Below are positions 1 to 10,711 of a stretch of DNA of 63,288 bases, one piece after another. The stretch's first letter is position 1; every line of letters starts with the position of its first letter. The notes under the pieces are model-generated. The model was given only the letters and a program-made list of their open reading frames with translations. It was not told the origin of the DNA and searched no databases. The translations under genes and the position numbers were made by a program. Source of the DNA: Colwelliaceae bacterium (GTDB lineage Bacteria; Pseudomonadota; Gammaproteobacteria; Enterobacterales; Alteromonadaceae); contig JAGSHH010000001.1 in assembly GCA_023954655.1 (NCBI GenBank), positions 1 through 63,288 on the forward strand, read 5' to 3'.

Positions 1-4
1 CGGA

Positions 5-81
<77 letters not shown>

Positions 82-148
82 ATTCTTTTAGAGAGAATAA
101 AAACCTCTAAGGCTTTGTTTTATAATACCTTTATAAAACTCATTCGGA

Positions 149-225
<77 letters not shown>

Positions 226-480
226 ATTCTTTTTAGTAAAATAATCTCAGTAATCAATACTTTATATACGACCTTAGCTCGTCAGTTCACTCTTTTCAAC
301 ATAAGTGGCTACGTAACTAATTACATTATCATTACCCTACCTCAAATATGAATGCTTTTATTTCATAAGCTTTTGTATCACTATCGTTAAATATTTAAAC
401 AACAAAATTCATTAATACATTGATCCAATCAAACACAGCGTATACCCTTGTTTTATCGATTTATATTCTAAGTTTTATCA

Positions 481-1488
481 ATGTCTCGTCAAAAAATAGA
501 TAGGTTATTAAGCCTTAAAACATTAATTGGTCTATTAGTGTGTTGTAGCTTTTCTTTAAATGCACAAAATATTCGGGATGTTTGTTTGCTCGAAACCCTT
601 AAAAAAGGTCCTGAGGATATGACAATTGCTGACATCAAAGACAAATGTGACGCAATTTATAAGAAAAACATTAAAACAGGAGCAATTTCAAAAAGAATTA
701 TTTCTGAAAGAATATCTGCTTTTGATCCTTACGTAATTACACCACACAAAATGAATTATATTTTACCGGTTTCATTTACTAATCAATTAAATGATAAACA
801 ATATTCAAATTTTGGTGATTGGCAAGAAAATTTAGAAGACATAGAAGCTAAATTTCAATTAAGTATCAAAGTTCCTTTATTAAGTGATAGCCTTTTCATT
901 CCTGGTGACAGTCTACACTTTGGTTTTACTCTGCAATCTTGGTGGCAATTATATTCAAATAATATTTCAAAGCCATTTAGAGAAACAAACTATCAACCAG
1001 AAATATTCTATATGGCTCCTTTAGATTGGCACCCATTTGATAGCAATACAGGGTTAATGATCGGAGCTGAACACCAATCAAATGGTCGTTCTCAATTACT
1101 TTCACGCAGTTGGAATAGAGTTTATTTAAACTTTTTATATGAAAAAGATAACTTTGCCTTTTCTTTTAAACCATGGATTCGGATTCCAGAAAAAGATAAA
1201 GAAAATGCTTTATCGTCTGACGGAGATGATAACCCTGATATAGGAGACTATATGGGGCATTTTGAACTTGGAATGGTCTACAAATGGTCTGACTATGAAT
1301 TATCATTAAAAGGTAGAGAAAACTTTTCTAAACATCATGGCGGTTTGGAATTTGGATTTACTTTTCCTTTATGGGGGAAATTAAGAGGTTATGCTCAATA
1401 CACTGCTGGGTATGGAGAAAGCTTAATTGATTACAATCATAAGCAACAAAGGTTTGGGTTAGGAATAGCCTTAACTAACGTTTTATAA
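481..1488 (+). CDS. pldA: Outer membrane phospholipase A
   Basis: EAKFQLSIK, PFRETNYQPE, catalytic HQSNG, SRSWNRVY, GYGESLIDYN motifs; signal peptide. Confidence 0.93.
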   Translation: MSRQKIDRLLSLKTLIGLLVCCSFSLNAQNIRDVCLLETLKKGPEDMTIADIKDKCDAIYKKNIKTGAISKRIISERISAFDPYVITPHKMNYILPVSFTNQLNDKQYSNFGDWQENLEDIEAKFQLSIKVPLLSDSLFIPGDSLHFGFTLQSWWQLYSNNISKPFRETNYQPEIFYMAPLDWHPFDSNTGLMIGAEHQSNGRSQLLSRSWNRVYLNFLYEKDNFAFSFKPWIRIPEKDKENALSSDGDDNPDIGDYMGHFELGMVYKWSDYELSLKGRENFSKHHGGLEFGFTFPLWGKLRGYAQYTAGYGESLIDYNHKQQRFGLGIALTNVL

Positions 1489-1512
1489 ATTTATAATACT
1501 TAGAGTGAAATA

Positions 1513-1722
1513 ATGCTTAAAAAAGGTCGATATCAACATTTTAAAGGTAATTATTATCAAGTTTTACATATTGCCAAACACAGTGAAACTGAAGAATACC
1601 ATGTAGTTTATCAACCAGAATATGGCGAACGAGAAATTTGGATCAGACCTCTTTCTATGTTTGATGAGATCATAGAAAGAGATGGTAATAAACTTAAACG
1701 GTTTAGTTATATTGGCAGTTAA
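1513..1722 (+). CDS. DUF1653 family protein
   Basis: GRYQHFKGNYY..AKHSETEE..VVYQ..WIRPLSMF signature. Confidence 0.9.
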   Translation: MLKKGRYQHFKGNYYQVLHIAKHSETEEYHVVYQPEYGEREIWIRPLSMFDEIIERDGNKLKRFSYIGS

Positions 1723-1748
1723 TATTTAAAATAAATGTAAACTATACC

Positions 1749-2021
1749 CTAACCAATCGAAAAATGATTATGGGCTTGCCAAGGCACCTTTTTCGTTTGT
1801 ATTTGAGATACTTCAGCTGAAGGTGGTCCATGGTTCAACCAATCTAACATTTTGTCTACATTTTGCTCATCTCCACAAACTAATACTTCCACATCACCGT
1901 CTGCTAAATTATGAGCATATCCACTTAAACAATACTCTATAGCCATTTGCTGACTAGACGCACGAAAATACACGCCTTGAACTTTACCACTAATGTGGGC
2001 TATGTAACTTACATTCATCAT
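1749..2021 (-). CDS. yccX: Acylphosphatase
   Basis: GKVQGVYFR phosphate loop, N(L)xDGxVE, GPPSAEV. Confidence 0.92.
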   Translation of the reverse strand: MMNVSYIAHISGKVQGVYFRASSQQMAIEYCLSGYAHNLADGDVEVLVCGDEQNVDKMLDWLNHGPPSAEVSQIQTKKVPWQAHNHFSIG

Positions 2022-2127
2022 TTGTCTCTCTTATTTTATGATAAATAAATTCAACTGAAGATTGCACCCAAGCAAAGCATTGACTAAACTCGGCGCAAAT
2101 TAACTTCGTATTACTAAGTATAGGCAA

Positions 2128-3318
2128 ATGTCAGCAAGAATTTATTTAAAAGTTACTCGTGAGAAATCTTTATTAAGAAAACACCCTTGGGTTTTTTCAA
2201 AAGCTGTCAATAAAATCAAAGGAAATCCTATGCTTGGTGATACCGTTGATATCTTTGATCATAAGAATAATTGGCTAGCTAAAGGGGCTTATTCTCCAGA
2301 ATCACAAATTCGAATACGAATATGGAGCTTTAATGAAAATGAAGAAATTGATCGTGAATTTTTTCGTAAGAAATTGTTAAGCGCTCAAGCAAGACGTGAC
2401 TGGTTCATTGAAAAAGGTGGACTGACAGGTTATCGCTTAATTGCTGGTGAATCAGATGGACTACCTGGAATAACCATTGATAAATATAACGATTTAATTG
2501 TTTGCCAGTTACTGAGTGCTGGAGCAGATTTTCACCGTTATACCATAGTTGAATGTTTAAAAGAGCTTTATCCTAGCTGTCATATTTATGAACGTTCAGA
2601 CGTTGATGTTCGAAAGAAAGAAGGGTTAGATCCCATAACAGGTTGGCTTACAGAGCCACAAGAGACTACAAGTACGGTAATTGAAGAGCATGGTATTAAA
2701 ATTCATGTTGATGTAGCTACAGGCCATAAAACTGGTTTTTATCTTGATCAAAGAGATTCTCGTGTTGCAGCTGGTATTTACGCAAAAGATAAAACGGTAT
2801 TAAATTGTTTTTCTTATACTGGTACATTTTCATTGCACTGTGCTGCTAATGAAGCCAAGGAAGTGATTAATGTTGATGTATCACAACCTGCTCTTGATAT
2901 TGCTAAACACAATCTTGAACTCAATAATCTTGAAGACAAAAATGTATCCTTTCTTAAAGAAGATGTTTTTAAGCTATTAAGAAGATTTAGAGCTGAAAAA
3001 CGTACCTTTGATATGATTATTTTAGATCCACCAAAATTTGTTGAATCAAAAGCCCAACTTACTGGTGCATGTCGTGGTTACAAAGATATTAATATGCTCG
3101 CGATGCAACTATTAAATCCAAAAGGAATATTATTGACTTTTTCATGTTCAGGGTTGATGGAAGCTAGCTTATTTCAAAAGGTTGTTGCTGATGCAGCTTT
3201 AGATGCTAAAAGAAATGCTTATATCGTGGAAAGACTACATCAAGCTGCTGATCATCCTGTTTCTTCTAATTATCCTGAAGGTTACTATTTGAAAGGATTA
3301 GTTTGCCAAGTAGATTAA
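2128..3318 (+). CDS. rlmI: 23S rRNA m5C1962 methyltransferase (RlmI family)
   Basis: PUA N-terminus [50 protein letters not shown]. Confidence 0.92.
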   Translation: MSARIYLKVTREKSLLRKHPWVFSKAVNKIKGNPMLGDTVDIFDHKNNWLAKGAYSPESQIRIRIWSFNENEEIDREFFRKKLLSAQARRDWFIEKGGLTGYRLIAGESDGLPGITIDKYNDLIVCQLLSAGADFHRYTIVECLKELYPSCHIYERSDVDVRKKEGLDPITGWLTEPQETTSTVIEEHGIKIHVDVATGHKTGFYLDQRDSRVAAGIYAKDKTVLNCFSYTGTFSLHCAANEAKEVINVDVSQPALDIAKHNLELNNLEDKNVSFLKEDVFKLLRRFRAEKRTFDMIILDPPKFVESKAQLTGACRGYKDINMLAMQLLNPKGILLTFSCSGLMEASLFQKVVADAALDAKRNAYIVERLHQAADHPVSSNYPEGYYLKGLVCQVD

Positions 3319-3358
3319 GTCTATTTGGCATTATTTCATATTTAAGGAATATATTAAT

Positions 3359-3661
3359 TTAATCAATTTCAGCGATATTAATACCAATAAGATAAGTATC
3401 TGTACTTTCTTCAGTAACACGAACAACTTTACCTTGAACATCTAAAGGTTGCACAGTGTTACCTGAAGAATTAACACTGACACGAACATTTGTATTTAAT
3501 TCTATAGGATGAGACATTTCTATCGCCATTCCAGTAGCGCTTAGGTCACGACATGTTGCAAAAATATCACTGTTAGCTTCATCATCAATAATGGTTACTG
3601 AAACATCACTATTTAACATCATACGATAAAAATCACGCTTATCATCATAATTTACCATCAC
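3359..3661 (-). CDS. Single-domain PilZ c-di-GMP receptor
   Basis: RDFYR (RxxxR) and DLSATG (DxSxxG). Confidence 0.9.
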   Translation of the reverse strand: MMVNYDDKRDFYRMMLNSDVSVTIIDDEANSDIFATCRDLSATGMAIEMSHPIELNTNVRVSVNSSGNTVQPLDVQGKVVRVTEESTDTYLIGINIAEID

Positions 3662-3695
3662 TACTCCATAGGTGTATCGCTATATATCTATTTCT

Positions 3696-3724
3696 TTTAT
3701 ACGCATTGCAATAATACATGTCAA
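3696..3724 (-). promoter_or_regulatory. Sigma70 promoter of the PilZ gene
   Basis: Minus strand TTGACA (3724-3719), 17-nt spacer, TATAAA (3701-3696). Confidence 0.6.
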
Positions 3725-3741
3725 ATATCGAAATTGTATGT

Positions 3742-3755
3742 TTGATTAAAATCAA
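3742..3755. promoter_or_regulatory. FNR-type box
   Basis: TTGATtaaaATCAA, exact match to TTGAT-N4-ATCAA. Confidence 0.55.
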
Positions 3756-3764
3756 CTTCTTATA

Positions 3765-6700
3765 TTAGTTGAGATCTTTTAAATGATTTGCAATACGTTT
3801 CGCCGAAATTGGGTAAGGTGTTTTCAAATTTTGTGCAAACATTGAGACTTTTAACTCTTCAATCATCCATCGTGTTTTATTCACTTGGGTTAATTGATAC
3901 AAATCCTGCTTACTTTTAGCTTGAGCTTGCTCAAAACTTTTTTGAACCTTATCAAGTTCAATCATTTTTAATCGATCTTGATTAGGATCAACCGGAAGCT
4001 TTTCCATTCTTCTTAATATGGCTTTTAAATAACGCTCTATATCAGATATTTTTTGATAGCCCGTTTCAGTGATGAAGCCTTTGAAAACAAGTTGTTGTAA
4101 GTGATGTTTAATATCTCCATGTGACTGAATCACATTCAACGGTACATTACCTTTGAGCTTTTTGTTTATCTCATGAGTCAATTGTAAAACTTGTTCAACT
4201 TTAATGGCTAATTCGAGGACACAATCGGCGATTTCCGCACGAATAAAATCTTTACATTCAGCGAAACTTTTCTCATCTCTTGGAATGTCTGAATGTGATT
4301 TTACTAGATATTGGCAAGAAGCTAGAATACAGTCATTGAGTAAGTCCGAGATTGAACCGAAAGGATTAAAATATAAACCAAGCTTAGATTTATTCGGTAA
4401 TTTCTGTTGTAAATACTTAATTGGTGAAGGAATATTTAATAAAATGAGTCGAGCAACTCCTGTTAACATTGCTTGCTCAGCTAACAATTCATGTTCAAAT
4501 AATTCGATTGCAACATTGTTCTTTTTATCAACCACTGCAGGAAAAGCTTTAATGGTTAGATTAGCAACTTTTTTTTGATAATTTTTAGGTAAGTTATTAA
4601 AGTCCCATTCAGTAATGTCATTACGTTCAATTCCTTTGTCGGCTACTTTTTGAATAGACGCTTTAACTTTACCCTGTAACTTTTCTTGTAATAAGTGTAA
4701 TGATCTACCCTGTTCTACAACCTTACCTTTTTCATTGATAATTTTAAAATTCATTTGTAAATGAAGTGGTAATTCAAGACCTAACCAGCTTTCATCATTT
4801 AACCTGACTCCTGTCATACGTAATAGCTGTTTACTCACTGCTTGTTGAAGTGAATTTTGATCTTGAGAAATTGCTGCCATGCACGCATCAGCATAATTTG
4901 GTGCAGGAACGAAGTTACGTCTTAACGCTTTAGGAAGCCCTTTAATCAATGCAATAATTAATTCATAACGTAATGCAGGAATTTGCCAATCAAAACCTTG
5001 CTCTTGTACCTGGTTTAATACACCTAATGGGATATGAACACTTACACCGTCATCAATATCACCAGGCGTGAAGTGATACGTTAAAGGAAAAGTTAAGTTA
5101 CCTTGTTGCCAAAAATCAGGGTATTCAGTTTTAGTTATTTTTTTACTATCTTCATTTAGTAGAAACTCTCGAGTAAAATTTAATAACTTAGGTTTGTCGG
5201 CTTTAGTTTTTTTCCACCAAGATAAGAAACTACGTTGACAAATTACTTCTTCTGGAAGCTTTTCACTATAAAAACTAAATAACTGTTCTTCATCAATAAG
5301 AAAGTCTTTACGTCGTGCTTTTTGCTCTAACTTTTCAACTTCCTTAACTAAGTCTAAATTACGCTGGTAAAAAGATTCTCTGATATTAGCATCACCATTT
5401 ACCAATGCTTCTCTAATAAATAGCTCACGGCAAGTATTAGGTTCTATTTTATTAAATTGCACCTTTCTTTTAGAAACAATAATCAAACCGTATAAAGAAA
5501 GCTGCTCATAGCCCATCACTGAGCCTTGTTTTTTCTCCCAATGCGGTTCGCTGTAATTTCTTTTTAGTAAATGCCCTGCCATGGGTTCGATCCACAAAGG
5601 ATCAATCTTGGCGACCATACGACCAAACAATCGACTTGTTTCAACAAGTTCTGCAGCCATTAACCATTTAGGTGGTTTTTTGGCAACAGCAGAACCAGGA
5701 AAAATGAAAAACTTTGAGCCTCTTGCACCCTTATATTCTCGGTTTTCATCCTGTTGTCCTAAATGGCTTAGTAAGCCAGATAAAATAGCTTGGTGAATAA
5801 CATCTTGCCCTTGTGTGTTTTCTTCATCAAGGGTTATAGAAGACATAGCAATATGATTATCTTTAAGTGCTAATTTTAATTGGCTAAAAATGTCCTGCCA
5901 TTCTCGAATACGAATATACGAAAGAAACTCTTTTTGACACAATCTTCTAAACTGGCTATTAGTTAACGCTTTTTGTTGCTCTTTTACATACAACCATAAA
6001 TTTAAAAAACTAATAAAATCAGATTGCTTATCTTTAAAACGACTATGTTTTTCATCGGAAGCTTGTTGCTTTTCAAAAGGACGTTCTCGTGGATCTTGAA
6101 TACTCAAGGCGCTAACAATAATAAATACTTGTTCAATACAACCTAAATCAATGGCTGTTAAAATCATTTTAGCAAGGCGAGGATCAACTGGAAACTTAGC
6201 TAATAAACGACCTACTTTTGTTAAAGCACTCGTTCGGTTTGCTTGTTTAATATTAACGGCATTTAGTTCTTCAAGTAAACGGACACCATCATTAATATTA
6301 CGGTTATCAGGCGGCTCAACAAAAGGAAAATCAGAAATATCACCTAAATCTAGCGATAACATTTGAAGAATAACCGTGGCTAAATTTGTTCTTAATATTT
6401 CAGGATCAGTAAATTCAGGTCGATTTAAATAATCATCTTCTGAATATAATCGAATACAAACACCTTCAGAGACACGACCACAGCGTCCTGCCCTTTGATT
6501 AGCACTCGCTTGAGATATAGCTTCAATAGGAAGACGCTGAACTTTTGTTCGGTAACTATAACGAGAAACCCTTGCTGTTCCTGGATCAATGACATATTTA
6601 ATCCCTGGTACTGTCAGGCTTGTTTCTGCAACGTTTGTTGCTAGGACAATATTACGGCCAGAATGAGGCTGAAATATTCGATTTTGCTCTTGTACTGTTA

Positions 6701-7727
6701 AACGAGAGAATAATGGTAAAATTTGAGTATGGCGTAAATTGGCTTTTTCTAATGCAGAAGCTGTATCTCGAATTTCACGTTCACCATTTAAAAAGATTAA
6801 TATATCACCATTACCATAATTCGATAATTCATCAACCGCGTGTAAGATCCCAGATATTACATCGACATCTTCACTTTGTTCATCTTTCATTTCACTTAAT
6901 GGACGATAAATCATTTCAACAGGGAATGTACGACCTGATACTTCAATTATTGGTGCTAAGTCACCAGAGGAGTTTTTGAAGTGAGCAGCAAAGCGTTGAG
7001 GGTCAATCGTTGCAGAAGTAATAATAACCTTAAGATCAGGACGCTTTGGTAGAATTTGCTTTAAATAACCTAAAATAAAATCGATATTTAAACTACGTTC
7101 ATGGGCTTCATCAATAATTAACGTATCGTATTGGCGTAATAAACGATCATTTTGCATTTCAGCAAGTAAAATACCGTCTGTCATTAATTTGATATAACTT
7201 TTATCACTTACTTGATCTGTAAAACGAACTTTATATCCAACTATATCTCCGATTGAGCTTTCAAGTTCATCAGCAATACGTGTAGCAACAGTTCTAGCTG
7301 CAATTCGCCTCGGCTGAGTATGACCAATCATTCCTTCGACACCGCGACCAAGTTGTAAGCATATTTTAGGTATCTGAGTAGTTTTACCTGAGCCTGTTTC
7401 ACCCGCAATAATCACCACTTGATTATCTTCTATGGCTTTTGCTATTTTTTCAACGTTTTGGGATACAGGTAGGTTTTCTGGGTAATGAATTTTAAGCGTT
7501 TGTTTTAGCTTATTTTCTTTATGAGTAATAGATTTTTGAATATGCTGCGCAAGTTGATTTAATTGACGTTGTTTATTATCCTGCTGCTTTTTATCGACTT
7601 GCTTAAGTTTTTTTAAATGCTGCAGTCGTTTTTTAAAACGCGGCTTATCACAAAGCCGAGTTTTATTTAATAAAGAAAATAGTGCATCTGTAGTGATGCT
7701 GTTATCAGGGGAAACTTCAGAAGACAA
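3765..7727 (-). CDS. hrpA: ATP-dependent RNA helicase HrpA
   Basis: GETGSGKT, HTQPRRIAA, DEAHER, SAT, QRAGRCGR; 1320 aa; C-terminal ELKVSMFAQ; TTG start. Confidence 0.96.
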   Translation of the reverse strand: MSSEVSPDNSITTDALFSLLNKTRLCDKPRFKKRLQHLKKLKQVDKKQQDNKQRQLNQLAQHIQKSITHKENKLKQTLKIHYPENLPVSQNVEKIAKAIEDNQVVIIAGETGSGKTTQIPKICLQLGRGVEGMIGHTQPRRIAARTVATRIADELESSIGDIVGYKVRFTDQVSDKSYIKLMTDGILLAEMQNDRLLRQYDTLIIDEAHERSLNIDFILGYLKQILPKRPDLKVIITSATIDPQRFAAHFKNSSGDLAPIIEVSGRTFPVEMIYRPLSEMKDEQSEDVDVISGILHAVDELSNYGNGDILIFLNGEREIRDTASALEKANLRHTQILPLFSRLTVQEQNRIFQPHSGRNIVLATNVAETSLTVPGIKYVIDPGTARVSRYSYRTKVQRLPIEAISQASANQRAGRCGRVSEGVCIRLYSEDDYLNRPEFTDPEILRTNLATVILQMLSLDLGDISDFPFVEPPDNRNINDGVRLLEELNAVNIKQANRTSALTKVGRLLAKFPVDPRLAKMILTAIDLGCIEQVFIIVSALSIQDPRERPFEKQQASDEKHSRFKDKQSDFISFLNLWLYVKEQQKALTNSQFRRLCQKEFLSYIRIREWQDIFSQLKLALKDNHIAMSSITLDEENTQGQDVIHQAILSGLLSHLGQQDENREYKGARGSKFFIFPGSAVAKKPPKWLMAAELVETSRLFGRMVAKIDPLWIEPMAGHLLKRNYSEPHWEKKQGSVMGYEQLSLYGLIIVSKRKVQFNKIEPNTCRELFIREALVNGDANIRESFYQRNLDLVKEVEKLEQKARRKDFLIDEEQLFSFYSEKLPEEVICQRSFLSWWKKTKADKPKLLNFTREFLLNEDSKKITKTEYPDFWQQGNLTFPLTYHFTPGDIDDGVSVHIPLGVLNQVQEQGFDWQIPALRYELIIALIKGLPKALRRNFVPAPNYADACMAAISQDQNSLQQAVSKQLLRMTGVRLNDESWLGLELPLHLQMNFKIINEKGKVVEQGRSLHLLQEKLQGKVKASIQKVADKGIERNDITEWDFNNLPKNYQKKVANLTIKAFPAVVDKKNNVAIELFEHELLAEQAMLTGVARLILLNIPSPIKYLQQKLPNKSKLGLYFNPFGSISDLLNDCILASCQYLVKSHSDIPRDEKSFAECKDFIRAEIADCVLELAIKVEQVLQLTHEINKKLKGNVPLNVIQSHGDIKHHLQQLVFKGFITETGYQKISDIERYLKAILRRMEKLPVDPNQDRLKMIELDKVQKSFEQAQAKSKQDLYQLTQVNKTRWMIEELKVSMFAQNLKTPYPISAKRIANHLKDLN

Positions 7728-7843
7728 AATAAACTCAAGAAAAACATATAAAAGCGTATTTTATCAATTCTGTGGTTTAATACCAATAATTAAATATTAA
7801 AGCGTTTTTAATAGCTGTTACAAAGAATTTAATCATCAGTTAG

Positions 7844-8245
7844 CTATTTATTAAATTTATTAACCGCTGCCAGTAACTGTCGGCAAGTAACCTGCCCAAC
7901 TAACTTACCATCTTCAATAACAGGGCGTCTGCGATGTTTCTTCTTAAGCATATCTTGTGCAACATCAACGATATCATCACTCGGGTGTGCTGTGAGTATA
8001 TTATCTCTGATCATATACTCATTTACTTGACCGACACCAATATCATTATAAGTAGCATTAAGGACAGCAGTTAAACAATCCATTTCAGATAGAATGCCAA
8101 CAAAGTTACCAACATCATCAACAACACATACACCTGAAACTTTATTATCTATTATCGACTGCATCGCTTCAGATAAATTTGCGCTCTCTTTAACCTTAGT
8201 AGGATGGGTGAGCATATAATCCCGCAGGTCTACTGATGTAAGCAT
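7844..8245 (-). CDS. Stand-alone CBS-pair protein
   Basis: Two CBS repeats (VSGVCVVDDVGNFVGILSEMD; PVIEDGKLVGQVT). Confidence 0.88.
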   Translation of the reverse strand: MLTSVDLRDYMLTHPTKVKESANLSEAMQSIIDNKVSGVCVVDDVGNFVGILSEMDCLTAVLNATYNDIGVGQVNEYMIRDNILTAHPSDDIVDVAQDMLKKKHRRRPVIEDGKLVGQVTCRQLLAAVNKFNK

Positions 8246-8394
8246 AGTTTTATTCCTTATTTTTTATTATATAAATATTTCAAGGTATTTATATAATTAC
8301 TGTAGACTCATTTACCTCATTAATCATGTATTTATCAAAAAAATATTAACAAATTTTGATAAAAATAATTAATAACGATATAAATATTTATCAA

Positions 8395-9180
8395 TCACTT
8401 TTTAATCGTTAAAAATAAAGGGCTTTCACTAGTCTGGCTTAATGATGATAGTTCACTATATGCTTGACCAAAGGCTTTACGTAAATGCCCTTTAAGGTGT
8501 TGTTTTACATCTTTGAGCTTTTTTGACTTTAACACACAAAATAGCGCTAATGCATAAACGTTATCATTCTCAGATAAAGCCGCTTGTCTATTCGCTCTTG
8601 GGTTATAACATGAGCCACATCCGCCCTTAAATTGATATGCGGTATTTGAAAAAATCACGCCAAAGCCCATCACACAAGCTAGAACATCAATAGCCTGTGG
8701 TAAAAACTCTTTTCCTCCAGGTGGTAATATCTTTTGTTGCATCACTAAAATAGTGGCAAGTTGTTGTGCATAAGAAGCAATTAAATCTTGAGGTTGATTA
8801 ATTTGGCTTGGGTTAAAGGTAAAATCTATTGTTTTATAGCGATCATTTAACACTTCAACAAGTGCATTCTCTCCTCTTATTGCATTACGAACAGTTAAAA
8901 CAGGCATCTCTGTGGTAATAGCTTCATGAGGATTCACTAATCTAATTGGCCAGTTTTGCATGCTGGAATAAGCTAACGTGTGATTAAAAATGTTATTAGC
9001 CATTTCATTTACACTTGCAACCCGGCCGGAATAAAATTCATTAGTTGGCAGAATTAACTGGGTTTCTTTTAGAAAAACTTGAACATTAAAATGCTCTATT
9101 GCCCAAGAAAAAGTATCAAAGAGCCATTCTTGGGTGTTTTCATCGACTAATGGCTGTTTTTTAAACAAACTTGTAAACAT
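8395..9180 (-). CDS. Hypothetical protein, zincin-like family with degenerate HExxH and a CGSC motif
   Basis: Long ORF; LIASYAQQLAT..PPGG..DVLACVMGFGVIFSN..GGCGSC. Confidence 0.7.
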   Translation of the reverse strand: MFTSLFKKQPLVDENTQEWLFDTFSWAIEHFNVQVFLKETQLILPTNEFYSGRVASVNEMANNIFNHTLAYSSMQNWPIRLVNPHEAITTEMPVLTVRNAIRGENALVEVLNDRYKTIDFTFNPSQINQPQDLIASYAQQLATILVMQQKILPPGGKEFLPQAIDVLACVMGFGVIFSNTAYQFKGGCGSCYNPRANRQAALSENDNVYALALFCVLKSKKLKDVKQHLKGHLRKAFGQAYSELSSLSQTSESPLFLTIKK

Positions 9181-9189
9181 AAACTTCTT

Positions 9190-9678
9190 TTAATTATTAT
9201 TGACTGGATTCGTTGGCTGACCCAAGTGTTGAATGCTTTCCCAAGCTTCCGTTTTATATAGCGGTACTGTAGATAATGAATGATGATGACTACCACTTGA
9301 TTCTTTTGTGGAGTATGACAAATATATTAAACTGCTATTTTCTTTATCAAAAATTCGTCTCACCTTTAAGCTTTTAAAAAGAATACTTTTAGACTCTTTG
9401 AAGACAACTTCACCATTTTTAGATTTATCAATTGAGGCAATTTCTTGTGCAGTGATTTCTCCTGTTTGACGACAAGCAATAGACATATCGGAAGGATCAG
9501 AAATATCTAAATTACCTTCGACATGACTAATATGACAAGTTACGCCTTTCAGTTTGGGATCTTTAACCGCTTCAATTTTCACATCTTTAGTTGTAAACCA
9601 CCCTAAACTTACGTCGCCTACATTTTCAGAACAAGCAGATAAACTAAATATGGTGATAATGATGAATATTTTATTCAT
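9190..9678 (-). CDS. creA: CreA family protein, probable lipoprotein
   Basis: DPKLKGVTCHIS, DPSDMSIACRQTG, SILFKSLKVRRIFD; lipobox LSAC. Confidence 0.85.
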   Translation of the reverse strand: MNKIFIIITIFSLSACSENVGDVSLGWFTTKDVKIEAVKDPKLKGVTCHISHVEGNLDISDPSDMSIACRQTGEITAQEIASIDKSKNGEVVFKESKSILFKSLKVRRIFDKENSSLIYLSYSTKESSGSHHHSLSTVPLYKTEAWESIQHLGQPTNPVNNN

Positions 9679-10711
9679 TGTGAAAGATCCCTATAAATGA
9701 TTGTCCATTAGATGATTTACTTGCGCGGTACATACCTTCACTATTAAACGGCATAGCTATATTTCCTTTTGCGTCGATCGCAATAACACCACCCGAACCA
9801 CCAGCTTCCACTAAGATTTTATTAATCACTACATCAGCAGCTTTTTCTAAAGGAATATTTTGGTACTGCATACGCGCACAAATATCTGCTGCAACATGAT
9901 AACGAATAAAGTATTCGCCATGACCCGTTGCCGAAACCGCACAACTTTCATTGTTGGCATAAGTTCCAGCTCCAATTATTGGAGCATCACCTATTCGACC
10001 AAAACGCTTCGCTGTCATTCCTCCGGTTGATGTACCAGCGGCTAGGTTTCCATCTTTATCAAGTGCTACAGCCCCTACAGTACCCACTTTATATTCTAGA
10101 GGAAGTGATTGGTGGGCTGCTTGAAAGTCTTTATCTTTTTCAATTAGCTTCTTCTTGGCTCGAAGTAATGACTTATATCGTCTTTCAGTATTAAAATAAC
10201 TATTCTCAACTTCTTTTAATCCTACCTTTTTAGCAAAATTTTCTGCTCCTTCCCCACTTAACATGACATGGACCGATTCTTCCATTACTTTTTCAGCAAG
10301 TGCTATTGGACTTTGTACGGTCTTAACCCCCGAAACAGCACCAGCATTTAACGTTTCACCATTCATAATAGAAGCATCTAATTCATGCTCACCTTCAAAA
10401 GTGTAAACGGCGCCCTTTCCTGCATTAAATAAAGGCGAGGCCTCCATAATTTGGATAGCAGCAATGATAGCTTTTTGACTTGATTTACCTTGAGATAATA
10501 ATTGGTATCCTACATCAATAGCTTCTTTTAACTTAGCTTCATAGGCTTGCCGTTGTTCGGGTGTCATTTTACTTTTACTAATAGCACCTGCACCACCATG
10601 AATGGCAATGGCAAATGAGGATTCGAATGCTTGAACTGCCGTAAAGTTTAAACTTGCCAACATCGAGAGGCTGACTAATAACCCATGTTTCAGTAATTTA
10701 TTTTTCATCAT
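9671..10711 (-). CDS. iaaA: Isoaspartyl peptidase/L-asparaginase (Ntn hydrolase) with signal peptide
   Basis: IAIHGGAG, FNAGKG, ELDASIM, G|TVGAVA, TSTGG, GRIGD, SATGHGE. Confidence 0.93.
   Translation of the reverse strand: MMKNKLLKHGLLVSLSMLASLNFTAVQAFESSFAIAIHGGAGAISKSKMTPEQRQAYEAKLKEAIDVGYQLLSQGKSSQKAIIAAIQIMEASPLFNAGKGAVYTFEGEHELDASIMNGETLNAGAVSGVKTVQSPIALAEKVMEESVHVMLSGEGAENFAKKVGLKEVENSYFNTERRYKSLLRAKKKLIEKDKDFQAAHQSLPLEYKVGTVGAVALDKDGNLAAGTSTGGMTAKRFGRIGDAPIIGAGTYANNESCAVSATGHGEYFIRYHVAADICARMQYQNIPLEKAADVVINKILVEAGGSGGVIAIDAKGNIAMPFNSEGMYRASKSSNGQSFIGIFHNE

Noticed and set aside
420-432. TTGAT-cca-ATCAA upstream of pldA as an FNR box
   Set aside because: Spacer is 3 nt rather than the required 4
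4204-6979. Plus-strand ORFs inside hrpA
   Set aside because: Antisense shadows of a well-conserved gene with no recognisable motifs
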